Notes under the pieces: generated by a model
What the model was told of the DNA's origin: nothing
Seen by the model: only the letters and a program-made list of their open reading frames with translations
Database searches by the model: none
Shown: one piece after another, positions 52,039 to 64,000 of the stretch
Position numbering within the stretch: position 1 is the first letter of the stretch
Layout: every line of letters starts with the position of its first letter
NCBI GenBank assembly: GCA_951406725.2
Contig: OX597814.1
Location: 59,272,001 to 59,336,000 of the forward strand
Reading direction: 5' to 3'
DNA length: 64,000 bases
Source: Octopus vulgaris
Taxonomy: Eukaryota
Made by a program: the position numbers and the translations under genes

Positions 52039-55000
52039 GAAGTATGAATTGAAGGTACCGCACAAGTAAAAATATATAACGAAGTGGATTTGAAAATGCT
52101 ATGGTCTTTTAAAGATGTTTATTGACTCGACCGGTTTTACATATTTTCAAAAGTAAAATAGAAGGCTTTGTGTAGACTTTGTGGTGTAAAAATTGGTGAA
52201 CATATATGTTTTAAAAACAGTTATACAGTCTTTGACAATGATAGAAAATGTTAAGAAATGGAATCTTTGACTGTGATAAGAAAATGTTACTATTGGCTTT
52301 GAGTTTAAACAGTTTACATAAAAGTCTTTAAAATAGGTAATAAAATAAATTCATAATAATTTGTAAGTTCATCAAAATCATGATTGTATATGAACATATA
52401 TACAGAAAGAATTTGTAAACAGTATTTGATAGGAGAAAAGCGGGTGATGCTTAGTCAAAACTTCATCAGAACTTATATTTAAATATTCATACAGAATTTT
52501 AGGGGAATGACTAACATCTTTTCATCTCCAGCCCTGTAGGTGTGTTTGGCAAGGATGTTTGCTATTTTAGAAATAGTGTGCACGTCTGTGTGTGTATGCG
52601 TGTGCTTTGTATTTGTGAGGGTGCTGGGTGTGCGTGTGTGTGTATGTGTTTGTTTGTGTGTGCATGTGTATGACTTTGTGTGTACGTTTGTATGTTTGTA
52701 TGTGTTGTGTTGGTCAGGGTGGTGTGTGCGTGCACGTGAATATATGTATGTGTCTCTCTGTATGTCTGTAGTGCTATAATTGCCCGGGTGGTGTGTGTGT
52801 ATACACGTATGTGTGAGCGGGATCAAATATATGTATGTGTGTGAGTGTATATGTGTGTGTGAGTGAGCTGTCAGGGGCTCTGTGTGTTCGTGTGCACGTA
52901 CTGTGAGTGTCTGTAATGAGTATGCGTTTGTGTGTGTATATGTGGGTATTGTTGATGTAGTTTTCGGGTGTGTTTGCTATATTTCTTGTGGCGATGTGTA
53001 TGTGTGTACGTGTGCTTGCGTGTGTGTGTATGTTATATTTCCGTGTGGGGTGCGCATATGTTTGGGTGTATTTTTGTGAGTGTTTTATTTGTATTGTTTG
53101 TGCAGTGTGTGTGTATATGTGTGAGTGCGTTTGTGTGAGTGTGTCTTGTGTTTGTCAGGGTGGTGTGTGTTATTGTGTGCATGTGTGCTTGCGTGTGTGT
53201 ATGTGTGTATGTTTGTGTGTCTGTGAGTGTCTGTTGTGAATTGTGATGTTTGGAATTTATTGCGTGTGTACGTGTGTGCATTTCCTTTGGGTGTATGTTT
53301 TTTTACTGGAGAATGGGCATATTGTGTTTGTATGTGTGTATATATGCATGCGTGTGGGGGTCTTTGTGGTACCCTTCACACATAATGATATTTTTTACAA
53401 CAAAAGTGTGTCCTGACTGGAATTTATATACTGTGGATGCATGTCCCGCAATTAGAGCGACCAAATAACTTGACAGTAGGCGTTGAGCTTATGTTGGTTA
53501 ATTTTTCATTGGTGACTAAGTTTTTTAGGGATTTGGGTTGTCTCTTGCTTTTTATTATTTCATGGGTTTCGAGAGATTTTTTAAACGTGGGTCTAAACTC
53601 AGTAGAGAGATGTCCTTGTATATAATCGTGTAAGCTTCTGTATTTCTTGGATTGTGTATTGACAGATATGGGAGACTATTTAAGGAACCTTGAATATGTT
53701 TCGGTTTTCGTAATTCTTGGATATCGATTGTCTTGGACTTTCCATTCCAACTAATGATGCTGGGTACTGTCTTTCGAGAAGAATTTCTGTTACTTCATGG
53801 AGACTTTTATTCCGCGTTTCAAAATTTGAGACAATTGTACTTATTCTTATCGTTAAATTGAAGGGGATGTTTGTTTTCGTGTGCTTTGGGTGATTGGAGG
53901 TGAATAGGAGGTGTTGTTTGGAATCTGTCGGGTTGTAGTGGATATCAGTTTCAATTTTGGTGCCATTTTTATAATAAGAATGTCTAGAAAAGGGTGTTTG
54001 TCTTGATTATATTCCATTGTAAATTGGATATTGTTGTTGTCGTTGTTGATTAAATGTTTGAATTTATTGAGTTGGTCAAATGTGTGGGACCATGGAATGA
54101 GGCAGTCATCCAGGTAACGTTTCCAATTATCCAACTGATATTTGTGGAAAGACAGGCCATATTTTAATTTGGATTGTTCATATATTTGTACTTCTAGGTA
54201 GGCCATCATCAGATTGGCATAAGTTGGGACATTGTTAGTACCCGTTGCAGTTCCTGATACATGTTTGTAGATATTACTATAAACATTTTAAAAAGTTGTT
54301 TTGGATGATGTACCTAAGATCATCGATGATAAATTCTTTTTTTCTTCTTACGGGGCTTTACTGGGCTTTTTTGCTAGCAAGAATTTAATGAATTCCAGTC
54401 TGTATTGATATGGAGTCGTAGAATAAAGTTTCATCACATCAAAAGTTACGATGAAAATGTCTTTATTGGCATGTTTGGGGAGGTGGATTAGGAGGTCATG
54501 TCTTACAATATTGCTATGAGTTTAATTATTGGTTTTAAGAGTATATCAATGAAGTTGCTTAATCTGTGTGTTTCACAGTTTGGACCTGCCACGACTGGTC
54601 TCAGTTTGAAATCATTAGGGTGTGGTACAGTGATGCAGTTTGAGGTGGACTTTTTGAATGCTTCGGTAATTATATTGCTCTTGATTTTCGGAAGCGCTTA
54701 GAGGTTACTGGTCTTGCAATCAAAATTTAAGCAGTCGCATCTCTTTGTCGTTAGGTTGTTTTGATGTTGGCTAATGAGTGTGTTTGATTTGGACATCATT
54801 TTTGAGTGTTGGTATTTGACTATTCTTTCAAAGTAGGTAGTATCTTGTAAGAGGTGAGATACAAGCGTTATTGTATTGTTCTGTGTCCATAATTACGACA
54901 CTACTTCCCTTATCTGCTCCCGTGAATGTGATGTCATGATTGTTTTGTAACTCGAGGAGGATTTCCCATTCCCTTTTACTAGTATTGGATTTGGGTTTAG

Positions 55001-56440
55001 GAAGTGAGAGTTCGCTATAAGGGAAGTGTGATATGTAGTCACACAATTTGTAGGATTGTAATTGCATTTATTGCGTACCACTGATTCATCGTTATTATTT
55101 TCCTTGTCGAAAAATTATTATGTGAGGCGTAATTTTCTACAGATGTGTCAGACATCGTCATGTATTTCATAGAGGTTCGTGTATTGTGATGTTGGAGTGA
55201 ATTTCAATCCTTTTGAGAGGTTTTTAATGACTTGTGTTGAGAGGTTTAGGCGTAAACGATTCACTACTTTTGGTTTTTCGGGGTTGGTATGTACCATTTG
55301 TTGTGGATTCTGTTGTCTTGGTCTCAAAAATTATTTCTGGAGGTTCTTCTGTCTCCGGTATTTCGGTGTATACTGGAATTTCCACCATTATTGTGTGGCT
55401 TTCTAAAGAAGTTTTGGATATTCCCGGGTCTGGGTTGTTGGTAATGTATGTGATTTTGGTTTCTTAATGTGGGTTAAAACCTACAGTCGTGGTTTAGGAA
55501 AGGATTCCTATGTGTTGGGTGGGATCTACAATTTTGGAAAGGCTAATGTGTGGGCTGGAACCTACAGTGTCGAGTAAAGTTTTGTCTCGGGTTGGAGGGT
55601 TCCTGAGTACATTTGGTAAGGTAAAGTGTTGTCTGTAAGTTCTGGTATTATTGTCAAAGTTTGGAGTGGTGTGTGATTGATGTTTTTGCGATCTGTTTTA
55701 TTTGTTGTAGGTGAGGTGTGTGAATTTTAATTGTTCTCAAATATGGGTTGTTTGTATGATGTTCTCTTTTAAAATCCGTTTCGTAATTGGCGAACCAGGT
55801 GGTAATTTTCTCATCGTTGGTGGGGGATGTTCGTTCTTCACCCTTACATTTTTTTCTCTAAGGTCTGGTGGTTTATCACGGAGTGCACCATCACAGCATT
55901 TTGAAATTTCAATTTCCCTTTTGTTATTAATTTCTTGAATTTCTTCTCGTTGGTATTGGCTCTCAGCCGTAACAATCTATTTCCATTTTGAAATTTTATG
56001 AGGCCAATTTGTCCTTGAGTCTTTGTTGGTTTTCTAGTTCATTTCTGATTGGTTTTATTTGGAGTATTTTAGGAAGGATGATTAGAGTAGAGTTGAGCCA
56101 CTTTTCATAAAGACCTGCTTTGTTACTATTTTTTACGAAGTTCAAAAAGCAAACTTGCGTGCTGTGAGATTTTTTCATCCAAACGTTTAGTGTGTTTATT
56201 ATTGAGTAAAAATCTGTCGTATGTTCTTGCGTTTTGAGCATTGCTGTCTGAATGGCTTTGATTCGTTTCTGTAGTGTTGGGGTAATGTCAGGTGTTTGGT
56301 TAACTGTTTTATCTTCCAGGAGTCCATTTAGGTAGAAATGTGACTGCTCGACATTATTAGTCAGGCATGAAAGTTTGGAGGAAATTTCCTGTAATTCTTT
56401 AAAGATACTTTGGATATATATATGGGATTATTTCACTTTC
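52035..56440 (-). mobile_element. Near full-length decayed Penelope-like element (Neptune-like)
   Basis: DKGSSVVIMD, LRPVVAGPNCETHRLS, GTATGT..PTYANLMMAYLE, WKRYLDDCLI, IQFTME...PFLDILI, RQPKSLK, GRSNCGTC linker, broken GIY-YIG region; AT-rich 3' end abutting (TA)n. Confidence 0.85.
52580..53350. repeat. Degenerate (GT)-rich block inside the PLE
   Basis: Directly visible low-complexity tract. Confidence 0.85.
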
Positions 56441-56451
56441 CTGCCACCGAA

Positions 56452-56545
56452 TTCACTCACAAGACTTTGGTCGGCCCAAGGCTATAGTAGAAGACACTTG
56501 CCCAAGGTGCCACGCGATGTGACTAAACCATGTGGCCCTCTTGCA
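56452..56545 (-). mobile_element. Family B SINE fragment
   Basis: 'cactcacaagactttggtcggcccaaggctatagtagaagacacttgcccaagg'. Confidence 0.8.
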
Positions 56546-56549
56546 CCTA

Positions 56550-56606
<57 letters not shown>

Positions 56607-56719
56607 ACAAACAGGGTGTTCGTTGCGCCACATGGATGTATATAATGTATGTGTATGTGTTTGTATGTGTGTGCTCGTGTGTACGTGTGTTTTTGTGTGT
56701 CTGCATGTGTCCGTAGGTT

Positions 56720-56762
<43 letters not shown>

Positions 56763-56859
56763 CTTGTGATAATATCTGATCTGCTTGTGTGTGTGTGTAT
56801 GTGTGTGTGCGTGATCATTTTAGGATATCGTAGAGTTTTGTGAAAAAGGAAAAATATTG

Positions 56860-58200
56860 CATCAAACTATGTAATATAAAGTATGAAACGGATATGAAGG
56901 AAATCCTGAGGAACGAATGTGATATGAAAAGAGATTGTGGAAGTATATAGAGAACATTGATGCCCCAAACGATGAGAATAACAAGTCGCACAGCAGAAGA
57001 GACATTCCTGAAAGTGTAGCAAATGAAAAACTTATGCGTTTACCCAGCAACAAACCAATAGCCGTTAGGGAAATCAATAACCTCGCCACAAACATATTAC
57101 TGCATAATGAGGAACAGTCTCACAAATCATGATTTGTGACATGGATGAGTTGCCTGCGAACTGGATATGAACATTCTTCATGTCAATGCTCAAGATTGAG
57201 AGCGCTGCTGATTACTTGAAGTATGGTGCCGTAAGCTTCATCAACTAAGCAAAGAATATCTTGCACATGGGATTTCGTAAAAAGAGTGGGAACACGTGAA
57301 CAGATTATTTCACCGTGTCTGGCATACACTAATTTTGAAAGATATTTGACTCAGTACGGCATTCAAAGACTCGGTGTGTAACTTCCTTCAGATATATATA
57401 ATGGTTAGCAGAAAGGTTTTAAACTGGGACCTAAGAATACGAGATGCGTTCACATTAGGAAAATAGACAGACAAAGCTACCTTGTTTAATCTGTATGGCG
57501 TGAATGTGAATCGAAGCTCTGCAAATGATCGTTAGACCGGTGTTTGCATAATCGGCTGGAGACTAATTGTGCTGAAGATATCGTTCTGATCACTACATCA
57601 GTTAAATTCCAGAATCAGTTTGATAAAGTCGTGTCTCTAGTTTCAACAAGAGATCAGCACCAAAAAGAGCTAAACTATAGCAGCCACCAGGAAACGAGAA
57701 GAATGCCAGGAAATTACGAGAGGACAAATTGACAAATTCAAGTAGATTAACTATATAAAAACCAAACAACAAGCAGGCAGCAGAGTGGAAATTAGAGCAT
57801 GACACAGTGCACAAGTATTAATATTCAAACCTTTTAATACAATGTGGAGAGACAGTATCCACGATAAAAATTAAAAAAAACATCAATGTGAAATTGCTGA
57901 AACTCTGACCCGTCCACTAGTCGTGGATGTTGGGTGGAGAAGGCCTTCGAGATGTTATAATTTTGGAGAGGGACGCAGAATTTTTTGTAAGTTGTCGAGA
58001 AAATAGCTCACACCTGGAAACGATCAGAGCGTAATTTTGTGACGATGGTCACTCAGCGGAATGTCATTTTGAGTCTGCGTCAAAGGAACGGTGGTTAGAC
58101 GGAAAGCAGTCTCACGGAAGATGGAAAACGAACAAGGATGGAAGACATAACAATTCGATAAGACCAAGGTTCCAGTAAGTGATAAAGGAGGCTGACTCTA
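56860..58200 (+). mobile_element. Highly decayed RTE-like LINE reverse transcriptase
   Basis: GFRK..GTREQI (~57270), F.RYFDSV-like (DF.KAFDSV), CAEDIVLI (YADD motif, ~57570), AFEM (~57945). Confidence 0.6.
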
Positions 58201-59507
58201 CCAGAGGTCGGGAAGCTCACTCATCATTCATTCCTTCATTCATTTATCCCTTTATTTATTCGTTCATATAGGCGCAAGCTGTGCATCAGGTACACACACA
58301 TGCACAAACACACACACACATGCACATACACACACATACACACACACACATGCACACACACATATATATATATGAATGAATATACGTGGGTATGTGACTA
58401 TATACTTTTGGATGGGGCTGTGTGTGTAGGCATGTATGTTAGTAGTTTGTTTTACAAACGAAAGAAATATATTAAATACGTTATAAAGAGAACGCACACT
58501 GCTTTATTTTTGGAGCTGAAATATCAGTGATAGTTATTCGTTTGCTAAATTCTTGTGTATTGCACATTTCAAACTATACACATTTAGAAAATTCTATTTA
58601 TACAATAAATTAAATGCATTATGAGAAACTTTCAAATGTAGGCTCCTGTCACATGAGAAAAAGTGCGTAGATTTGAATGCACAAGCATATTGCTGTATTC
58701 TTAAAATATATCATGACAATTCGATAGCAAATGTAAAATTAAAATAGATATGTTGGGATATGAATTTCTATATACTCATACACACAGAAAGGTATCCATG
58801 CCTATATATATGAGTGTGTGTGTGTATCTCGTTTGTAGAAATGCATAAATCTGGAAGGGAAGCACATTCTAAGATGTAGAGCAGTTAATATTATAATAGG
58901 AGAGGCCGGTTTATGAGGTGACCCTGGGTTTCTCTCTCATAAGTGGTTTAGCTGGCCTAAGACTTCTTCAAAATATGGAGGGGGAAATGCCACGCTACAA
59001 AGTAAACACTAGGTAATTATATTCGTTTACCATTGGCCATTGACCTTCGGCCGCACCATCATCTTGTGGTCACCAAATAACCACGGAGGCGAACGATTGT
59101 CTCTCTTCAACCTTGATTCTGGGTGGGTGTTTTCTCGACCTAATACTGGAGTTGTTACTCTCAGGGGATGGTGCGATTAGGTCGTAGTAGCAAGTCTTCC
59201 ATCTTATGCGTCTAACCACATCCATTGTCTTTCCCAGCAGCATGCAGGTGTATAGTTCGGTGGATGGTGTGCGGATGTTTTTGGTGGAGTATCCGAGATC
59301 AAATCGTTCCATATTTGTGAGAGACCCGTCGTTTCCGTAAAATATGTAGAAGCACTGCGCTCTTCAGCGATTTAACAGAAGCCACATGGTCGCTGTGAAA
59401 ATCTCTGGCCAGGTAGCGAAAAGGATCGTTTGTAGAAATACATAAATCCAAAGAATCACACTCTTTGGTGTAGGGCAGTTGATATTATAATAGGAGGGGC
59501 TGATTTA

Positions 59508-59570
59508 TGGGGTTAGCCTGAGTTTCTCGCTCATAAGGGGTTTAGCCTCACAGCGTATCTTCAGGCCCCA
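59508..59570 (-). ncRNA. Hammerhead motif in pLTR (core intact, stem III mutated)
   Basis: tggggc-CTGAAGA-tacgct...agcga-GAAA-ctcagg-CTA-acccca. Confidence 0.6.
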
Positions 59571-59798
59571 AACACTGTTAGACTAAGACCTCTTCAAAAT
59601 ATGGAGAAAGAAATCCCTCGCTACAAAGGTAAACACTAGGTGATTGTCTCTCTTTGCCATTGGCCATCAAACTTCGACCGCACCGCCATCTTGTGGTCAC
59701 CATGTAACCACGAAGGCAAACAATTGTCTCCCTTCGGCTTTGGCTATTGGCTTCGGGCTGTAGCATCACTTTGCGGATTCCAAAAGACCAATAGTACT

Positions 59799-59861
59799 TG
59801 GGATCGGAAGATACGCCGCAATGCTGAACTCCTTATTAGCGAGAAACCTAAGGTAACCCCA
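59799..59861 (+). ncRNA. Hammerhead motif in inverted pLTR (core U4 mutated to G)
   Basis: tgggat-CGGAAGA-tacgc...gcga-GAAA-cctaagg-TA-acccca. Confidence 0.6.
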
Positions 59862-59880
59862 TAAGCCGGCCTCCCTATTG

Positions 59881-59940
<60 letters not shown>

Positions 59941-61103
59941 CTTCGAAATATTTGAGTGCAAAATATTGCTTGTGTTTGCGGAAAGAGATTTCATCTCTAA
60001 TATTTATGATGTTATATTTTATATGTGTGTGTGTATGTATGTGTGTGTTTGTGTGTGTATATATATTTGGATGAGTGTATGTATAAACATACATATAAAT
60101 ATAAATAAAAGCATACATGTACATAGTAGAGAGGGGTATGTGTAACTGTTAAAAATCGAGGAAAATGAGAACGTTTACAGGGATTTGATCAAAAGGTACA
60201 GCCCTTACATCTATACATAGAGATTTTCTTCTGTGTTATTATCCTAAGTGTACCGGTTCACGCAACAAAAAATCTGCATATATAAAATGATTAGAAAAGA
60301 ACAGAATAACTGATTTGAAGTCTCCAGTTATAATTGATTAGGGATATCGTGCCTGCACAATGACAGTTATGAAACACTAACACTTGTATCGAACGTGGCA
60401 CTCACATCTATGCACACACATATACACAACCCACACATATGCATACTGTAATCAAATGTCACACCTCGGAATCGTACACATAAATATTTATACATATTCA
60501 TACACTCCCAGACACAAAAGTTACATATACATCGTAATAGGAAGAAACATATACCCTTGTATCTTTGTAAGAAAATACGTACATGTTCCGGCATTAAGTC
60601 ATTTGCTTCCTACAAAGAGTACACCTTCAACGACTTTTCTTCACCTGTTGTCCCTAGACTGTCATCTTCCTGGTCAAGTTGATTTTGAATTGTCGATGCT
60701 TTAGACTATTTACTTTATTTGTTTTAAGTTAGAATTGTTGACCTATGCAGAACCAATTATAGCTCTGAGACGAGATGGTCCATAGAAGTCTCTGCCTTAT
60801 ATTCTGAACTCTACATCATGGAACAATCTAACAGGAGTTTGCTCTCCGTTGTTATAGCTCTCAGATCATTGGTACATGATAGACAATATGTCAGGAATAA
60901 ATTAACCTTGTGGAAGAGTAGAATGCTGTAGTTCTATTATGAGTTTTGCCTCGCATGCACATGCTACGACGCTCTATAGGGCATTTACAACGTCTTGGCA
61001 AAGTATTTTCTACACAGTTTTGGTTTTGGATATATCTTAGTTTCCAATCTTGGCTTTCCATATATGTATGGACGCTTATATGTATGTGCGTATACATTTA
61101 TAT

Positions 61104-61362
61104 AAGGTGCATGGTTTAGTGTTTAAGATATTCGGCTCTCGATCGTAAGGTCGTGAGATCGATACCCGACGGCGCATTGACACTAGACACTTTATTTCAC
61201 GTTGCTCCAGTTCACTCAGCTGGCAAAACGAGTAGTACCTGTATTTCAAAGGGCCACCAATGTCACATCCTGTGTCACGCTGAATATCCCTGCGAACTAC
61301 GTTAAGGAAACGGCGGTGCGTCAGCATGGCCGCAGCTCTGAGCTGAAACAAGAAAAAAAAAT
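61104..61362 (+). mobile_element. Family C SINE with family-B-like 3' end
   Basis: 'tggtttagtgtttaag...atttcacgttgctccagttcactcagctggcaaaa...ggcggtgcgtcagcatggccgcag'. Confidence 0.75.
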
Positions 61363-62365
61363 TAAATGTGTTAACTTCACAAATATCACAGAATTCTGCG
61401 ATGTTAACTTTCTCAATCTATTTATAGCGAGTGGTGTAGTTTCTAGACTGACTGTAAATATTATATGACAACATTGCGTCTGCTCTTCTGTTTATATTAA
61501 CATTCCCATATATATAATGATCATAATAATGATCCTCGGATGGAGTTTATGAATATCTTAAAGTATTTATAAATTCCATCCAAGGGTGTTTATTATCATT
61601 AAAATATCTATCCAACATTATATTATATCGGCGCAGCCCGGTGCAATCCAGAAGACAGGTACAGCTTAATGATGCCAACGCATCATTAAGCTGTAGCCAG
61701 CACTATAAAATAGAAGCTTTTATATGCATGTGTAAGTATGAACGTATGTTTGTATTATGTAATCCTAGATTAAAAACCCACAAATCTTGCAACTATAGCT
61801 ACGTAGATTTTCCTGGTCGAAATAATAATTTATTCCGCATTTATCAAGCTGAAACAAGACGGTTTATCATTTGTTTTTTCGAGCAGAAAAGATTTAAACA
61901 AGAGACGCATGTAAAGAAGTAGACAAAAACAAAAACACAATAATTCGATGTGAAGCAGACGTAAACCAGGTGATAATGCTCTACTAAATGTCTGGTGATT
62001 TATTTTAAATTTGTTATACAGTGTTGTTCTCAGTCTCACATACATTGTTGTCTAAACTATATAGTTTTGTCTACATTCTGCACAACGTATGACATAGATT
62101 AAGCTTTAGGAATGGCATGTGAATTTAGCCTCAATTTTGAATCTTTTTGTTTAAAGTGAAATTCCGAACCTTCCAAGATATTGATAAATATGCATTTCAA
62201 ATATTAATGAAGACTGTCTTGACAGTTTTGCTAATATCATAATCTTCTGCTCCTCGCTTTCTTTTCTTTTATCAATTTTTTTTATTAACTCATGAAAAAT
62301 ACACAAAGTTTAAAATATTAGAACATGTATGTATGTATGTATGTATGTATGTATGTATGTATGTA

Positions 62366-62423
<58 letters not shown>

Positions 62424-62496
62424 TGTGTGTGTGTGTGTGTGTGAGTGTGTGTGTATGTACATGTATATAAACACAATCCAATATATATTCCCAAGG

Positions 62497-62669
62497 TATG
62501 CGTGTTGTTAGTTTGTGGATTGGCTGCGGTTCGCTCCGACAAACAACCTATGTGAGTTGTCTCGCTTGACTGTGACTTACGTTCAGCTGCATTATGGAGC
62601 AGACGCATAGAAAATAAATTCTCTTAGACCTAAGAACCAAAGTCGCCCCCTGAACTAACAACACACATA
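62497..62669. mobile_element. Candidate MITE
   Basis: tatgcgtgttgttagtt (62497-62513) inverted to aactaacaacacacata (62653-62669), 16/17 match; TA at both ends. Confidence 0.55.
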
Positions 62670-64000
62670 AGTTGTGTATGTGTGTTCGATTTTGTTTATA
62701 TCTGTCGAGCTGCTTCTAATTCATATTTGAAAAAAAAAAAAATATATATATATATAAACACACACGTGTGTATGCAGAGTTTGTATAGGGCGGATGCAGA
62801 AATCGGCTCTCAAATATGATTTGTGAATCATATTTACTTTTCAAGAGTGTATATTTGAATATCTTTAGTCTATCTACAATGCAATCACCAATTTTCCTTT
62901 CGTTAATATTTGCGTTCTTTTCTCTAACGGGTAATCACAATTTTTCTTATATCTGTTCCTCCATCATCAGTAATGACTTCAGGAATAACAAAAAATATTC
63001 CTTGTGTATTCTCTATCATTTCTAAATATTTTCAATATTCAGTTCCTTATAAATTTCCATTTCTTTTATTCGTTTATTTTTACATTCTCTTTCCATTCTC
63101 CACAGGCAATCCACAACCGCTGCTTTGTTGTAAGATCGAACATAATCAACAGTAAACTTATCAAAAATGAAACCTCCTCATTTCACGCTCGTTGCCAATA
63201 TTTGCGAATGAGATTCCATGAATATAATTTTTTTATAATGTTATGGACATCGTATTTACAGATTCACACTGAGCAATTTGTGTGTCCCTTTACTGAGAAT
63301 AATATAATATCTCTAAGTATGCTTTCACTACGCAATCACCGATTTCACATGCAAATTTGACTAATTTAAAGTTTTGCTTTTATCCCCATAAATGTTCACT
63401 TTTTCTTAACTGTCGCTAATTATAACATATTCCAAACATTTCTATTTTACAAAATAATCTGTCATATTAGCAAATAAGCATGTTTTCTATATCCCTTTCT
63501 CTCTTTCTCCCTCACTCACAAACACACATACACAAATTTGATCCTCTTTCGTATTTACTATTATCTCCCCATAGTAAATTTCCATATGCATGGATACTTT
63601 CGATAGACTCTCTTCCTTTTCATTATGAAATCCGATTAGCATTCTTCAAAACGCAACAGTTAGGATTCCGCAAGAATTCAATTCTTTTCATTAATTCAGT
63701 GTCTTCTCTTCCTCACCATGGTAATTTCCATCATACTTTTTCCTCTAAATATGGTTTACAGATTTCTATGATTTTCACATCAGAAATATTTTGAAAAAAG
63801 AAAAAAAATGTACAGCTTCTTTTCTTGTCCTTCCTTGAAGTAGTGATATATCAGCATACTACAGCATGTAAAAAAAAATGAATTCACTACTCATTATATT
63901 ACTGTCAGTACATGTTTAGCTATTTCGATTTTGATGTCCAAGAGTTCAAACATACGATGATATACAGACTATTTAAATGCCCAAAATTATGTGTGGTGTA

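Larger units (their letters stand above)
58828..59885 (-). mobile_element. Internally deleted PLE with direct and inverted pLTRs and N-terminal ORF fragment
   Basis: 58828-59110 repeated at ~59427-59740; ~59800-59885 inverted; ORF 59070-59312 YSTKNIRTP...RRIRWK resembles the PLE N-terminal YSxKNIP...RMRWK motif. Confidence 0.8.

Noticed and set aside
52120-52475. Possible minus-strand HHR in the 3' end of the large PLE (ctgatga ~52463; aaaccggtc ~52130)
   Set aside because: Halves are more than 300 nt apart, GAAA is imperfect and stems could not be paired

Overview
AT-rich, repeat-dominated animal DNA with no confidently identifiable host protein-coding gene; it looks intronic or intergenic. 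The SINE families and microsatellite density resemble an octopod cephalopod genome (inference from recognition, no search run). Almost every ORF in the track is either a microsatellite translation or a transposon remnant. Recognisable content: decayed Penelope-like elements (PLEs) and their pseudo-LTRs, a mariner, a Tc1, two maT/DD37D-like transposon relics, a cluster of R4/Dong-like RLE LINE fragments in (TAA)n, an RTE-like LINE, an L1/Tx1-like 3' fragment and more than 25 tRNA-derived SINE copies. The most striking signal is about ten type-I hammerhead ribozyme (HHR) motifs (CUGANGA...GAAA-short self-complementary stem III-NUH) from at least six distinct PLE-type terminal-repeat families. 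Three have intact cores, several have unusually long stem II domains, and some sit in short non-coding, retrozyme-like units bounded by inverted or direct repeats. A second signal is a SINE subfamily whose 3' tail matches the L1/Tx1-like LINE fragment present in the same window. Boundaries of degenerate repeats are approximate.
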